Positions 1-11,524 of a stretch of DNA of 64,000 bases are shown here, piece by piece. Source of the DNA: Monocercomonoides exilis PA203 (taxonomy: Eukaryota; Protista; Preaxostyla); assembly GCA_001643675.2 (NCBI GenBank), contig LSRY02000015.1:930001-994000 (forward strand), read 5' to 3'. The notes below the pieces were generated by a model that saw only the letters and a list, made by a program, of their open reading frames with translations, was not told the DNA's origin and made no database searches. The first letter of the stretch is position 1; each line of letters opens with the position of its first letter. A program made the position numbers and the translations under genes.

Positions 1-220
1 CAAAGTAAATTTTTGATAAAATTTGAGATTAATGTAATTTGAAAGCATTGTTTTTTTAGCTTTTTTTGATGTTTTGAAAATTGTGCTAATTTTTTGAAGT
101 TATGTTGTTTGATAAGCAATAACATTAGAATATTTAAAAAATTATTTTTTCAACCACCATTTGTTTCATTTAAAAGTGCTTTTTTAAATTTTTTTGACAT
201 GCCCCCTAATTTAAATCCAA

Positions 221-1909
221 ATGACTCCTTTGTTTTGGATCATTCTAATTTTGTTTGGAGATGTTGATGCAACGAAACACAAGGCGAAAAAAGAATCTAA
301 AAAAAGGTACTTGAGTTTACCACAGATGGATAATTATTGGATGGAGCTGGGATTTGTTGTTGTGATTGGAGTATTTCTTGCTTTTTACTTCTGGGGAAAG
401 CGTAGAAACGAAGAAATAGCAAGTGAGGTGTTTCTTGAAATGCAAAGTATTCTGCAAGAACAATTTGCACTTGTTGGAAACAATGTAGACATAAATGTTT
501 TCAAGGTATTTCAAATTCGAATTATCTTTTTGTACATTTTTCATTTATTCTTTAGGAATCGCATAATGAATTTCATATTTATGGATCAGGAAGGAAAAAT
601 ATACAATCTTTTGATTTGTTCCTTCAAGTTTGCAATTATATTCGATCTGAGTTTTAAAAAATATCTAACTTTTCGATATAGCTTCTTCCAAGACAAGATC
701 TCATTGGATTTATCTTCGCAAAATTTTCATCTTTAACAGACAAAATTGTATTTATTTCTTCTTATGTGTTAAAAATTCGTTTAATGATATTTTTTACCAT
801 CTTTTGTTATTTAGACATTTAATACACAATTCGATGATAACGTTGCACCATTCATTCTTCTTATTGCACGCAGAGGAGAGGAAGCTAAATTAAGAGAAGA
901 AAGACAAGAAATTCGCCAATTTACTCCAGAGCCGCCTTCATTGGATGAAATAAAAGCCGAAACCAATTCCTCATCAGCTTCTCGTTCATCTGATCTTCCT
1001 CCTTCGTTTCCTCCACAGATGGTCTCCGCCCCAGAGCATCCGCTATTACTGCGAGAGATGATGAAAAGAGGGTTTGGAGCAATTGGAGATGAAGGAATTC
1101 ATTTGATAAGATTCTTGTGCACAGATGATCCATTCCATGCTCGTTACACCGTAATGAAAGCAAACGAAAGCCAGCAAAATCCAACTTCTGCATCATCGTC
1201 TTCCTCTTCTTCAGCACAAGATGCAGAGAAAGAGAATGCTAAAGAAGGCGAGAAGAAGGATGTCCCGAAGCCTCCAAGCGCTTTTCCTCAGCGCCTGAAC
1301 ATGGAGCTTACAGTTCGTTTGCCAGTATACATTCTTCATTCACACAGAACAAGAGAACTCGCTAAGGAGCTTGCAAAACAAGCAAGACAAGCTAAAGAAA
1401 TGGCAAAAGAAAAGAAAGAAGTGTCAAATGAACAAGAAGAGAAGAAGGAGAAAACAGATAAAGAACAAACAAACGATGCAGAGGTTTCATCGCAATCACC
1501 TGCTCCTTCCTCTTCTCCCTCGCCATCACCTTCTCCTAATCCATCTCCATCACCTTCTCCTTCTCCGTCTTTGCTGTCTGCGTCATCCAAACAGAATAAT
1601 GGTGGTCATCTTGTGACTCGCCTCGCTTCCATCTTTCTGTCACTTGCTGATTCAATTGCTGAAAACCCACTTCCTCGTGACATCACAGCAAGGGCGTATG
1701 CAAACAGACAGATTGCGAAGGAGCAGCTTAAGAAAGACGAAGCTAAAGCGAAGGAGGAAGAGGAAGAAAAGAAGAAAGCAGAGAGAAAGAGGAGAGAAGA
1801 TGAGAAGTTTATGAAGCTGTCGCCAGAAGAGCAGAGGAGAAGAGAGGCGAAGATGGCAAAAAGAGAAGCGAAAAAGAACCAAGTCATGAAGATGAAGGCT
1901 TATTCTTGA
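221..1909 (+). CDS. CCDC47: PAT complex subunit CCDC47 (DUF1682) homologue, 4 exons
   Basis: Exons 221-505, 556-627, 682-747, 815-1909 join in frame across GT-AG introns of 50, 54 and 67 nt. The product has a signal peptide, a TM helix followed by GKRRN, then ESHNEFHIYGSGR, LLPRQDL and a C-terminal KLSPEEQRRREAK coiled coil, all typical of CCDC47. Confidence 0.85.
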
Positions 1910-3386
1910 CTGTGACAATTCATTTTTTTCCAGAAACTGTTTTATCAAAACAGGATTATTCAATCTTCTCTTTCGATTGCTTCATCAAATAAATAAATAA
2001 AAATATTTTTCAAAATTGAAAAAAAAAAAAAAAAAAAAACAGAAGCTTATATTTTTTTGCGAGAGTTGCTCATAATTCAATAAATTAGTCACTTCAAATT
2101 GAAAAAAGAAAAATTGGTGTAATGAAAATCAAATTCGAGAACACATTGAAGCGTGCTTGAAAATTAAATAACAATTAAATAAAAATTTAACAAAAGAAAA
2201 GAATAGAATAGAATAGTAATAAATTCGTCGGTTTGAAGTTTCAAATTAAATTAAAAAAACAAAAATAAAATAAAATAAAATAAAAGAATTGCTTTCCTAA
2301 AAAACAGGAATTAGACCAGAGTAATTGACAAATATGGAGTGTCACTTGCAAACGATACATGGGGCAAGCTTTTGGAATACAACACATAACATAACACTAC
2401 TTGACATGAACTGTGAGTTATGAATTATGAACTGTGAACCGTGAATGGGCAAAGATTTGACAAATGAATGTTTCCCCCATTATCAGGAGAAGGTTCTAAC
2501 AAGGACGTTAGAATTTAGATATCACACATAACAACATTTTGATGAAAAAAAAAAAAACAGATTAAAATCGCAAAAACAATTTGAAAAAAATACCTCTGAA
2601 AAATTCTGTTGAAAAATTCTGTTTGAAAACATGAAATTCAACGAAATGAAAATGGAACAATAAAATACATTTGCAAGCAACAACTCCAAAAGCAAAAGAA
2701 AAAAAAGATAAAATTCCCAACAATTTTATTTTTGATGATGTGACATTAGGCAAATGAAAAATGACTTCATCCTTTTTCAGTAAAGAAGAGTCTGTTGATT
2801 CAAAAAGAAAAGAAGAAGAAGAAGGAAGAAGGAAGAAGAAAGAAGAAGAAAGAAGAAGGAAGAAGAAAGAAAAAGATAAAAAATAAAGTGAAATTAAAAA
2901 AACAGAAGTTTGAATGAGAAGGATGATAATCATCAGAAAACACAATCCGATAAAAAATGGCAACTTTTGAGCAATATGAACGTTTTTTTTGAATTTCTTC
3001 AAACAAACGAACGAATGATTGGAAAAGGAAAAAAATGGGGGAAAAATGTAATAAAAATAAAACACAAGTTAAAATAAAAACAAAAAATGAACAGCAAGCC
3101 TTCAAATATCTTAAAAATTTGGAAAATACAGTTATTTCAAATAAAAACCAATAAAAAAACAAACACGACGAATGAAATAGTGTAGTCGTGCTAACTTCAA
3201 CAAAGGAAGTAGCAGACAGAGAGATAATGGAGGCAACAATGAAAAAATAAAGCAAAGAAAAATAAAATAAAATATTAAATTAAATAAAATTAAATAAAAT
3301 GATAGGACAAATGACAAAGAAATAACATTATCAGCCAAAAATATAATTCCGTTTGCTTTCGCTTTCAAAAACTTTCAAAAGCCATA

Positions 3387-4885
3387 TTATGCACCGAGAG
3401 AGCTAATGAACAATAGAAAAAAATGATAGAAAAAAAAGTGAGAGAGAAATGATAGAAATAAGAGAGAAATAAAAGAAAGAGTGATAATATTAAAACACAT
3501 TAAAAACAAAAGAGTTTTTAAAAAAAATAATATAAAAGATGAGCAAAAAAAAATGTTTCATCTTTTTTTTGTCAAAGTACTACTCTCAAAAACAATTTTC
3601 ATTCTTTCCTTTTCTTTCCTCCGCTCCCCAACCTCAAACTCAAAACTTTCTCCTTCTCTCTCTCTCTTTTCCCCATCACATACGATATCGACCATATCAA
3701 AAACACAGCTGTAATCAACAGAGAACACGTGACCCACTGCATAGAATTGAAGAAGTTGGACAGCTGATCCATCGTTTCTGTGCCTGTCAGGGCAGACGTG
3801 ATGCCCAGCGCAGCAGTCACGCCAGCAATGAAGAGAATGATGTAGAACAACAAGGCGGACACGAAGTCAGATTCTGTTAAAATAAAATTATTAAAATATT
3901 AAATAAATAAATAAAGAAAGAAAGAAAGAAAAGAAAAAATGGAATTTGAAATGCGGATGCGAAGAAGAAATACAGAGAATGAGAAGTTAATTATAAAAGA
4001 AAAGCAAAGCAAAGAAAAGAAAAGATAAGAAAAAAGTTCAAAATATTGTTTGATTTTTGAAGTTATGAAAACAAATTGACAAATAAATGAATACAAATTT
4101 GAGCACAAAAGGAAATAAAATTTTCTTTAGCATACGTCTGAACAGATCGTTATGTGCGCCTGCTGCATCTTTCTCTCCCTTTTTGGGCTTCTTTTTCTTT
4201 CCTGGTTCTTCCTCTGAATACGAAGAACTCAAACTGTTGGAGCTGCTAAATTCACTGCTGGATGAACTTTCACTTTCAGACGATGAAGATTCCGCTTCCT
4301 TTTTCCCCTTGCCTTTCCCCTTTCCTTTTCCTTTCCCTTTTCCTTTCCCTCCCTTTTTCCCCTCTTTTTTTCCTTTCTTTCCTTTCTTCCCTCCTTTCTT
4401 TTCTTCCTCTTCCTTCTTGTCTTCTTCTTCTTCTTCTTCTTTCTTCTTCTTCTCATCTTCCGGCGGTTCCTTCACCGATTTCCCTTTAACTCCTTCCTCC
4501 GCTTTCTCTTCAGCCGCACTGCCAGCAGCACTAGCACCAACAGCAGTTGCAGCAGCAGCAGCAGCATTAACAGTCGCAATCGTCGCAGTTGTCTCCTTCG
4601 GCTTCACCATCTGCGTCGACGCCAACGTTGCTGTGAGCGGGCGTGTGCCTGTCGTTGCTGTCAATGGCAATGTGCTTGTGCTTGCACCTGTGCCTGTGAG
4701 TGTTGTCGGAGCCCTGCTTAGCAACGATGACTCAGTCATCGCAGACGAGCGGGAATCGATTCCTCCTGCTTCTCGCGATTCTGCATCCAGGCCTAAGCCT
4801 TGATACTCATCCAACTCCGCAAAAGTTGACGCTGGCGGATTAAACTGCACCTGTTGGGTGGCATTTGCAGCCAATTCATCTACCG

Positions 4886-4944
<59 letters not shown>

Positions 4945-5639
4945 AGAATCATCTCACTTAGTGTTATGAAAAATAATAAAAAATGGAAACCTGCTCTCCA
5001 TGCTTCGGAGCTTAATGGCTCAATGTACCAGGATGTTATCCATTCTTCAGTGTGAACAACAACATTATGAATATGAACTCGCCTCGCTACAAAAATAGAA
5101 AATTGATGCATTCATAAGTTAAATAAAAATAATCAAACTTCCAATTGTGATTCTTCGCTCATCTGTGAAACTTAAGGCAGTCTCAATATCATAAACTTGA
5201 GAGGAACGTCCTTGCAACCAAGGATCATCATTCGGTTTTTCAAACAGTATCTAATCGAAACAAAAAAGTTAAAACAATTAATCTCTTTTCGTTAACAAAA
5301 TAGTTGTAACATGCTTTTCCATAGAATGTTTCTGGTGAGTAAACTCTGCAAGCTTTCACAATCTTTGCTGCTGCTGCTTCTGTTGGTTCTGTTGAAAAAT
5401 CTAAAAGCGAGCTATCCAGCTGCAAATCTTTTGTATTAAAAATTTTTTATTTTTATTTTTTATTTTTTTTTTAAAAAATTATTGTGCAATCAAACCAGGC
5501 AGGCAATATGAAATATGTGACAAGTAAAATTGAAGTCTTCTGGGACCTTCAAGTGAAGCATCTATTAATAATAAAAATCATTGATTTCAATTTTCTCTAA
5601 ACACAGCACAACACGAAAAGACAAACCAAAAACATCCAT
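3387..5639 (-). CDS. Hypothetical multi-exon protein with Lys/Glu/Ser low-complexity middle and C-terminal transmembrane helices
   Basis: Manual splice model: MDVFDASLEGPRRLQFYLSHISYCLP-DLQLDSS...FYGK-ILFEKPNDDPW...-RRVHIHNVVVHTEEW...-VDELAANA...DLFRR-..SALLFYIILFIAGVTAALG... The 3' end is uncertain; exon-like stretches may continue to ~2311. Confidence 0.55.
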
Positions 5640-5941
5640 TGGTAAAAATTATGGGAAGTATAAATGAATCAATGCAAAAATGAGTGATATTTTGAAAACA
5701 AAAACAAAAAAATTATACAAATTGTAATAATTAAATAAACATAAATGCGCCAGATAATCACTTATTAGCTAATTTAAACTAATGAATCACACAAAAAAAT
5801 AATAAATCGAAAAATTTTCATAATTTTGAAAGTTCAATTTTTCCGATATAAATACAGTTCATAAATAAACAAAACAATACAAAAGACTTTTATGAACGAA
5901 AATTTCCTCAAAACCACAGCAATTAAATAAAATAACGAAAT

Positions 5942-8175
5942 TCAATGTTCTGATTCAGAGTGGAAAGGTAAATACGTTATGGATGCCCTAACAGATTGAA
6001 AAGGAAGAGAAGAAGAGGAAGAAGAAGAAGAAGAAGGATGTGAAAGAGGAAGTGAAGAAGAAGAGGAAGAGGAAGAGGAAGAAGAAAGCGAAGGGTACAT
6101 GTCAGTTGGAAAAGAAGAGAAAGGAGAAGGATGTGACTGGACAGCTGGAAGCGAAGGAAGGGTGGTGGGAGGATGAGACAGGGAATCCGGAAAAATTGTT
6201 GGCGGATAGGCAAAATTGACAGGGTGGCGGTTGACAACAATGGGCGATGACTTCATTGGATCTGAAGAGGAGGAGGAAGAAGAAGAATTTATAGAAGAAG
6301 AAGAAGATGACGATGATGATGAAGAAATCGGTGGAAGATACGAAGAAGAGGCATTCGAGGCGCGGGAAGAAGAGAAATACGGATGGTGAAAGAGGCCAAT
6401 TCCTGATCCATCGTCTGTTTCAATGTCACTTTCGCTCATTCTCTCATCATTTGCATTCACTTTTGCCATCTGCTGGTTTTGATGCTGATTTTGATGTTGA
6501 TTTTGATGCTGAAATGCTTCTTGTGTCATCACATTCTCATTTGTCTGCTCGTTTTGCAGCACATTTTCTCTTAAATTCTGCATCTTGCTGCCTTCGCTCC
6601 TTCTCTCTCCAATGCCGGCAAAATTCATTACATTATTATTATTATTTATATTATTATTATTCCCCTTCAAATTCCCTCTATTTCCCTCATTGTCTTCTCT
6701 ATTCGAAAGAGAAGAATCAAATTCTCTTGTTTTTGTTGAGATAAAACCAGAACGGCGGGTTGGGTCGTTTTCATCAGCGGTTGACTGTGAAGACAGCAGT
6801 GCAGCTGAAGAAGAGGTGGCAGAAGAGACAGAAGGAAGAGAATTAGAGAGAGAAGTGAGGGAAGAAAGAGAAGAAAGAGAAGGAAAAACGGAGGCGCCGG
6901 CAGCGGGGAAAGGTTTGATTGGATTGGATGATGAAGATGAGGATGGAATGGAAGGACCTGTTGATAATGGATTATCTGAAGAAGATGCTGAAGAAGAAGA
7001 GAATGGATATGAAGAAGAAGAAGAGGAAGAGGAAGAAGAAAGAGGAGCATGAAGCGATTGCAGAGAAAGCGGAGGCGGGAGGAAAGAAGGCGGAAGCGAA
7101 GAGGACCTGCCGCTGACCGCCGATGAAGACACAGCAAAATCAGAGAGATATTTTGGATGTGCACTTGATGAAGCAGATACACTGACTGTTTCTGAAACGG
7201 GCGGTGTTGGCAGGGCAGCAGGGCGCTGCTCAGAAGAAGGGCAGTGGAATATAAATAACGGGCCCCAGCGCTCTGGCACTCCCAGTGATCGGACAAACTC
7301 TGTTTCGTGCTCCAATACTTCACACTTTCGAAAAATGGACAAAGTGAATTAATTCAAATAAATACAAGAGAGTGCGCATAATTTAATTAGGAAGAGAAAA
7401 AGAATAAATAAAATATGCTTATGAAATATATAACTTGAATTAGAGTTCACACATTATCATCCATCTTCATGTTCAGCCATATTTTCTTTAGATCATAGTA
7501 CACTTCTCGATATGTCTCTGCAGTGACAATTACAGAATAATCAATTTCCTCGAGAAACAATCTTTCCATTGCAGCAAGTTCGGAAAGAGAAAATTTATCC
7601 TTTCCACATCTTCCGAAGCTTCGAGTTGAACAAGAAATGTCATCCCACACTTTTGAGGCAATCATAATTCCAACAAAAACGATTCTTTCCCAGTTTTCTT
7701 GAGTAAGATGCATCCATGGGACAGATGAAAGCAATCTTTCAACATAAATAAGGCAAGCGATGAGACATTCAGGCTCAACTTGCGCTCGACGAAATAAAGA
7801 ATGAATGAATTTGTAAATATCAAAAAAGCTTGGAGAAAAACGCTCAAAATTCGATTGAAGATTTTCCATGATATCATTCGGATGATTTGCAGGCTGCTGA
7901 AAAATTTCCATTCTCTTATCCGGGAAAACAAGAGGAGGAGATGATTCAATTTCTTTTGATGTTTTCAAAAGAATGCCATAGAAAGCAGCGGCAACTCCAT
8001 GAACAGTTTGATTTAAGCTCTTTTGATTTTGCGGATGTGGAGGATCAGTACCAGCCGTGTAAAAGGTGGTCTTCCTCATGCGAAAAACCTTGAAAACAGA
8101 AAACTGTAATATTGATAAGCTAAATGCATAAATCAAAAAAAGATACTGTTCAACTTTAAAAAAATCCGAATTCAT
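5942..8175 (-). CDS. Cyclin Y-like cyclin with long Ser/Pro-rich C-terminal tail
   Basis: ORF 7447-8175 has a cyclin-Y-type box (LFRRAQVEPECLIACLIYVERLL, NWERIVFVGIMIASKVWDD, MERLFLEEIDY...YREVYYDLK). It is probably spliced (donor ~7452, acceptor ~7328) to ORF 5942-7342. The start could be 8079 or 8175. Confidence 0.8.
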
Positions 8176-8526
8176 TGGGTGTGCGGAAAATTAGTCGCGC
8201 AGGAACATAAAATACTCCAGCATAAAAATTAAATATGCGCATCTTGATCAGATTTTTTTAATGAAATCCAAACCACAAAGAACGACATTTCACATCAGAC
8301 AAATAATTACAAACAAGAAATTTAAACAATTGTGTATTGACTCTCAGGCATTTATGTTTTCGCCAAAAGCTGAAAATGTGCTTGTTTGAGATAATTTAAT
8401 TCTATTTGTTTTTTTCTTATTTCTAGTATCATTTATATGTAAATATAGACAAGCTAATGTTATACATTTTTAGGTTAAAAAAAATAACTGCTTGTTAAAA
8501 AAGTTTACAAATTGATAAATCCTTGA

Positions 8527-10647
8527 TTACTGCTTTGAGACTGGCTCAAACTGCTGATACAATTTTCCCAATCCCACCGACAAGCCGATGTATTTTGAGA
8601 ATGAAGCGTGTTCGCGCACCCACTGTTGTGTTGCAGGAGAACCATATTTGTACATATTGATAAGGATTCCGAGACCAACCTTGTAAACATTCAGATCAGA
8701 ATGCCTAATAATTGAGAGGAAGAAGAAGAAGAAGAAGAAGAAGGGAAGAATTGTGAGTTAATAAAAACAAAAATTGAGTTTATATGAAAATAAAAATCAA
8801 TGTTTATCAAAGAAAATAATAGCAAATCAAACTCCAAATATCCCAGAATGACTTTGTCAAATCCATCGCTCAACAGCAGCTTGTGATTCTGCTCACACAT
8901 AAACAGCCCACTCAGCCCTCTAAGCGCATCATTTCTTTCATATTCACTCAAAGTTCTGTCTTCAATATCAATTTTCAGCTGCTTCACCGCTGGAACGTAT
9001 TCACTCGTGATCGGCTCAGCTGACTGAATCTGCATCAGCAGCTGCATCGATCTGATCCTCAGCTCATTCAACTCCACATCGTTGCCAATCAGATCCTTGA
9101 TGATATAAAGCAAAAACGTCTGCGCATAGAAGTAGTTCATAATCTGCCAGAAGCAGAACTTCCCTGTCTTCTCTCCCACGCACCCTTCGACGGCTTTGCT
9201 CAGTACAAGCAGCCCGTTCACACAGTCCTTGTTGACTGCCCAGCCGTACCTGTCCAGCCCACAGCAGAACGCCTGCACCACATTCGCCTCCAGAATCTGC
9301 TGCAGCAGCTCTCCCCGCCTGTCTGTCGCATGCTGCCCGATGCGGCACACGTTGAACAGAAGGCGGAAGGACCACATATCCACATTGGGGAAGGCGTGTG
9401 TGTGAGGAAGAGAAGTCAAAGAGGCTGCGACGGCGGGGATGCCGCTGCTCAGCACCTCTCTGAGAGACACGAAGCACTTGTACATGAGCGTATTCACCAG
9501 CTTCATGCACGTGTTGATGATGCGGCAGACAAGCGGTGCTGGCTCAGGGATGCGGGGAAGTGTGGCTGTTGGGGAGAGAACGGCAATTGCGGCAGTTGGA
9601 GAAGAGGAAGAGGGAGAGGTGGACGATGAGGCAGAGAGAGAAGATGCGTTTGTGGGAATAACAGGGAGATTCTTCACTCCCATTGAGGATGGATCTTCCT
9701 CTCTTTCTCTCTGCTTTTTCCCTTTTCTTTTTGGCTTGGCTTTTGCTGGAGCTGCAGCTTTTTCTTTTTCCATTCTTTCCTTTTCGGCCTTTTCTTTTTC
9801 AATTTTCTCTTCCTCTTCCTCTTCTTTTTTGGTCTTTGCTTCAAATCCAAAAGGTACCTTTGGCAATGGTGGTACAAATCGCTTCAATGTGCTCGCAACG
9901 CCTTTAAGCAATCCTTTGTTCAACAACCACTGAATAATTGCAGCTGGCTGTGTCATAATAGCTTGATCCAGAATGCCCAATGCAGTATCCACATCTTTTG
10001 CTGGAGCCTGAGGAAGGCTAAGAGCTTCGAGACATCTCTGAGGCGGCCATTGTTTTTTCAATTCGTCTTTCATCTCAAACACAGGGAAAGACAAACGATC
10101 GGCTATAGTTTTTTTGGGTGGGGTTAAATCTACTGGCCTTGGTATTGTTGGTCCTGGAACGTACAATGGAGTGTTAGAAATCGGAATAGCAGCATATGAT
10201 GGAGCATTTGCAGTCTTATGAGTTTTTTCAAAAGGCACGTATTGTCCAAATACAATTCCGCTTGCACAGAATGCAATATCATCTGAGTCATGACTGACAA
10301 ATTGAATGATGGATTTTTTGAGAGAAATCAGAGAAGGACGAAGAGAATCATTTTTCCACAATGCTTTTGTTAATTGAAGTAATTTAGAAATTTTCTGTTC
10401 TTCAGCTTTGCTTTCTTCAATAAGTTTTTTAAGTACTTTAATTCCATCCGACTTTTTGAGCATATTTAAATTGATTTCATTTGTGGCTATCAGATCGATC
10501 AATTTTTCAGATGCATTTGAAAATTCGTCTTGTTTCTATAATAATGCAAAAAGTGCGAAATTTCATAATATGCAACACATAACAAAGATGGCAAACTTGC
10601 AATTTATTAAGAAATTCACAAAATAATTCAGTTGTTTCTGAACTCAT
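8527..10647 (-). CDS. Armadillo/HEAT-like helical repeat protein, 3 exons
   Basis: Exon 1 MSSETTELFCEFLNKLQ|gtttgc splices in frame to the 603-aa ORF. The last intron (ga|gtttga...tag|g) gives the terminal exon HSDLNVYKVGLGILINMYKYGSPATQQWV...SKQ*. The leucine-rich amphipathic pattern suggests an ARM-like fold (inference). Confidence 0.6.
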
Positions 10648-10868
10648 TCCCTGTTCAATAAAAATAAGTCATCGATTAATTAAATCATCAAATAAAATAT
10701 AACATTAAAAAAGCAATTTGCTAAATGAAAATATTCATTAAAAAAATTTATTCACACTATTAATTAAAAGGAAAAATCTTTTTTCAAGATCATCAAAATA
10801 TTATTTGATTTTTTTCTTTAAAAAAAGAATGTTGTTCTTGTTCATATCATTTAATTCACACACTGTGC

Positions 10869-11276
10869 GGTATATTCACAGAGAACGGGGCAAAAAAATT
10901 TCAATGAAAAAAATAATAAAAAACACAGAAAAAAAGAGCTTTGGCAGGAGTCGAACCCCCGACCTTTGACCAACGGAATATCAATGGTCGAGGTAGCTAC
11001 CGCTTGCGCTACTCGAGCCAAAGCCCAGCTTTATTTACTTATGACTCAACTTAAACCTGGCTAAACCCTAACCCTAAAAATCCAAAAAAGATCAAGTTTT
11101 TTTGAGTGCTAACTCTAAAATGAAGAGCGGGAACATAACCCTAAACCCAAGATCTGTTACGCTAACCTTAAAACCTAAACCAATCAATTAATACAGTGAT
11201 TATTTTGGAATTTTTACCCTAAAAATAAAAAAATACTTGGTCAGATCAAAACTGCCCCGTTCTCTGTGAATATGCC
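10869..11276. mobile_element. Non-autonomous Merlin/IS1595-type MITE (408 bp) carrying a tRNA-like gene
   Basis: 24-bp TIRs: GGTATATTCACAGAGAACGGGGCA (10869-10892) versus 11253-11276, 1 mismatch. Perfect 8-bp TSD CACTGTGC at 10861-10868 and 11277-11284. GG termini plus an 8-bp TSD are Merlin hallmarks. Confidence 0.85.
10936..11026 (-). ncRNA. tRNA-like Pol III transcription unit (non-canonical cloverleaf)
   Basis: The minus strand has an A box TAGCGCAAGCGG (11000-11011), a B box GGTTCGACTCC (10947-10957), a 10-bp terminal stem GGGCTTTGGC/GCCAAAGCTC and a GACCA/TGGTC arm with a 12-nt loop. A T7 run (10929-10935) follows immediately. Confidence 0.7.
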
Positions 11277-11524
11277 CACTGTGCATTGCGTACAAAACAA
11301 AAAAGTTAAAAAGATTTTGTTAAAAAAATTCATGTAGCCGAGTATTTTTTCATATAAGCTGACGGCTCATCAACTGTTTTTCAGAAAATTTCTAATAAGA
11401 TTTATATTGTCAATGATTGTTTTTGTCAGTTGAAAATGAGCAAATTTTTATATTTCCGCAAAATAAAAACTTGTTCTCGATTAATGAAAAATGGGTGCCA
11501 GAATTTTCATTTTGTGAAAAATCA

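Noticed and set aside
2311-3330. Additional minus-strand exons or a separate membrane-protein gene
   Set aside because: Exon-like stretches exist, but I could not build a phase-consistent splice path.
10936-11026. Canonical tRNA-Ile(GAT) or tRNA-Sec
   Set aside because: The loop is 12 nt (it would need an implausible 5-nt intron), and the 7 nt before the A box do not pair with the 3' end. There is no TCA anticodon or long variable arm for Sec.
11030-11103. Telomerase RNA driven by a divergent tRNA-like promoter (contains CTAACCCTAA)
   Set aside because: A plus-strand Pol III transcript would stop at the T run near 11097 after about 70 nt, no pseudoknot is evident, and the site lies within a MITE. 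Not excluded without data, but unsupported.
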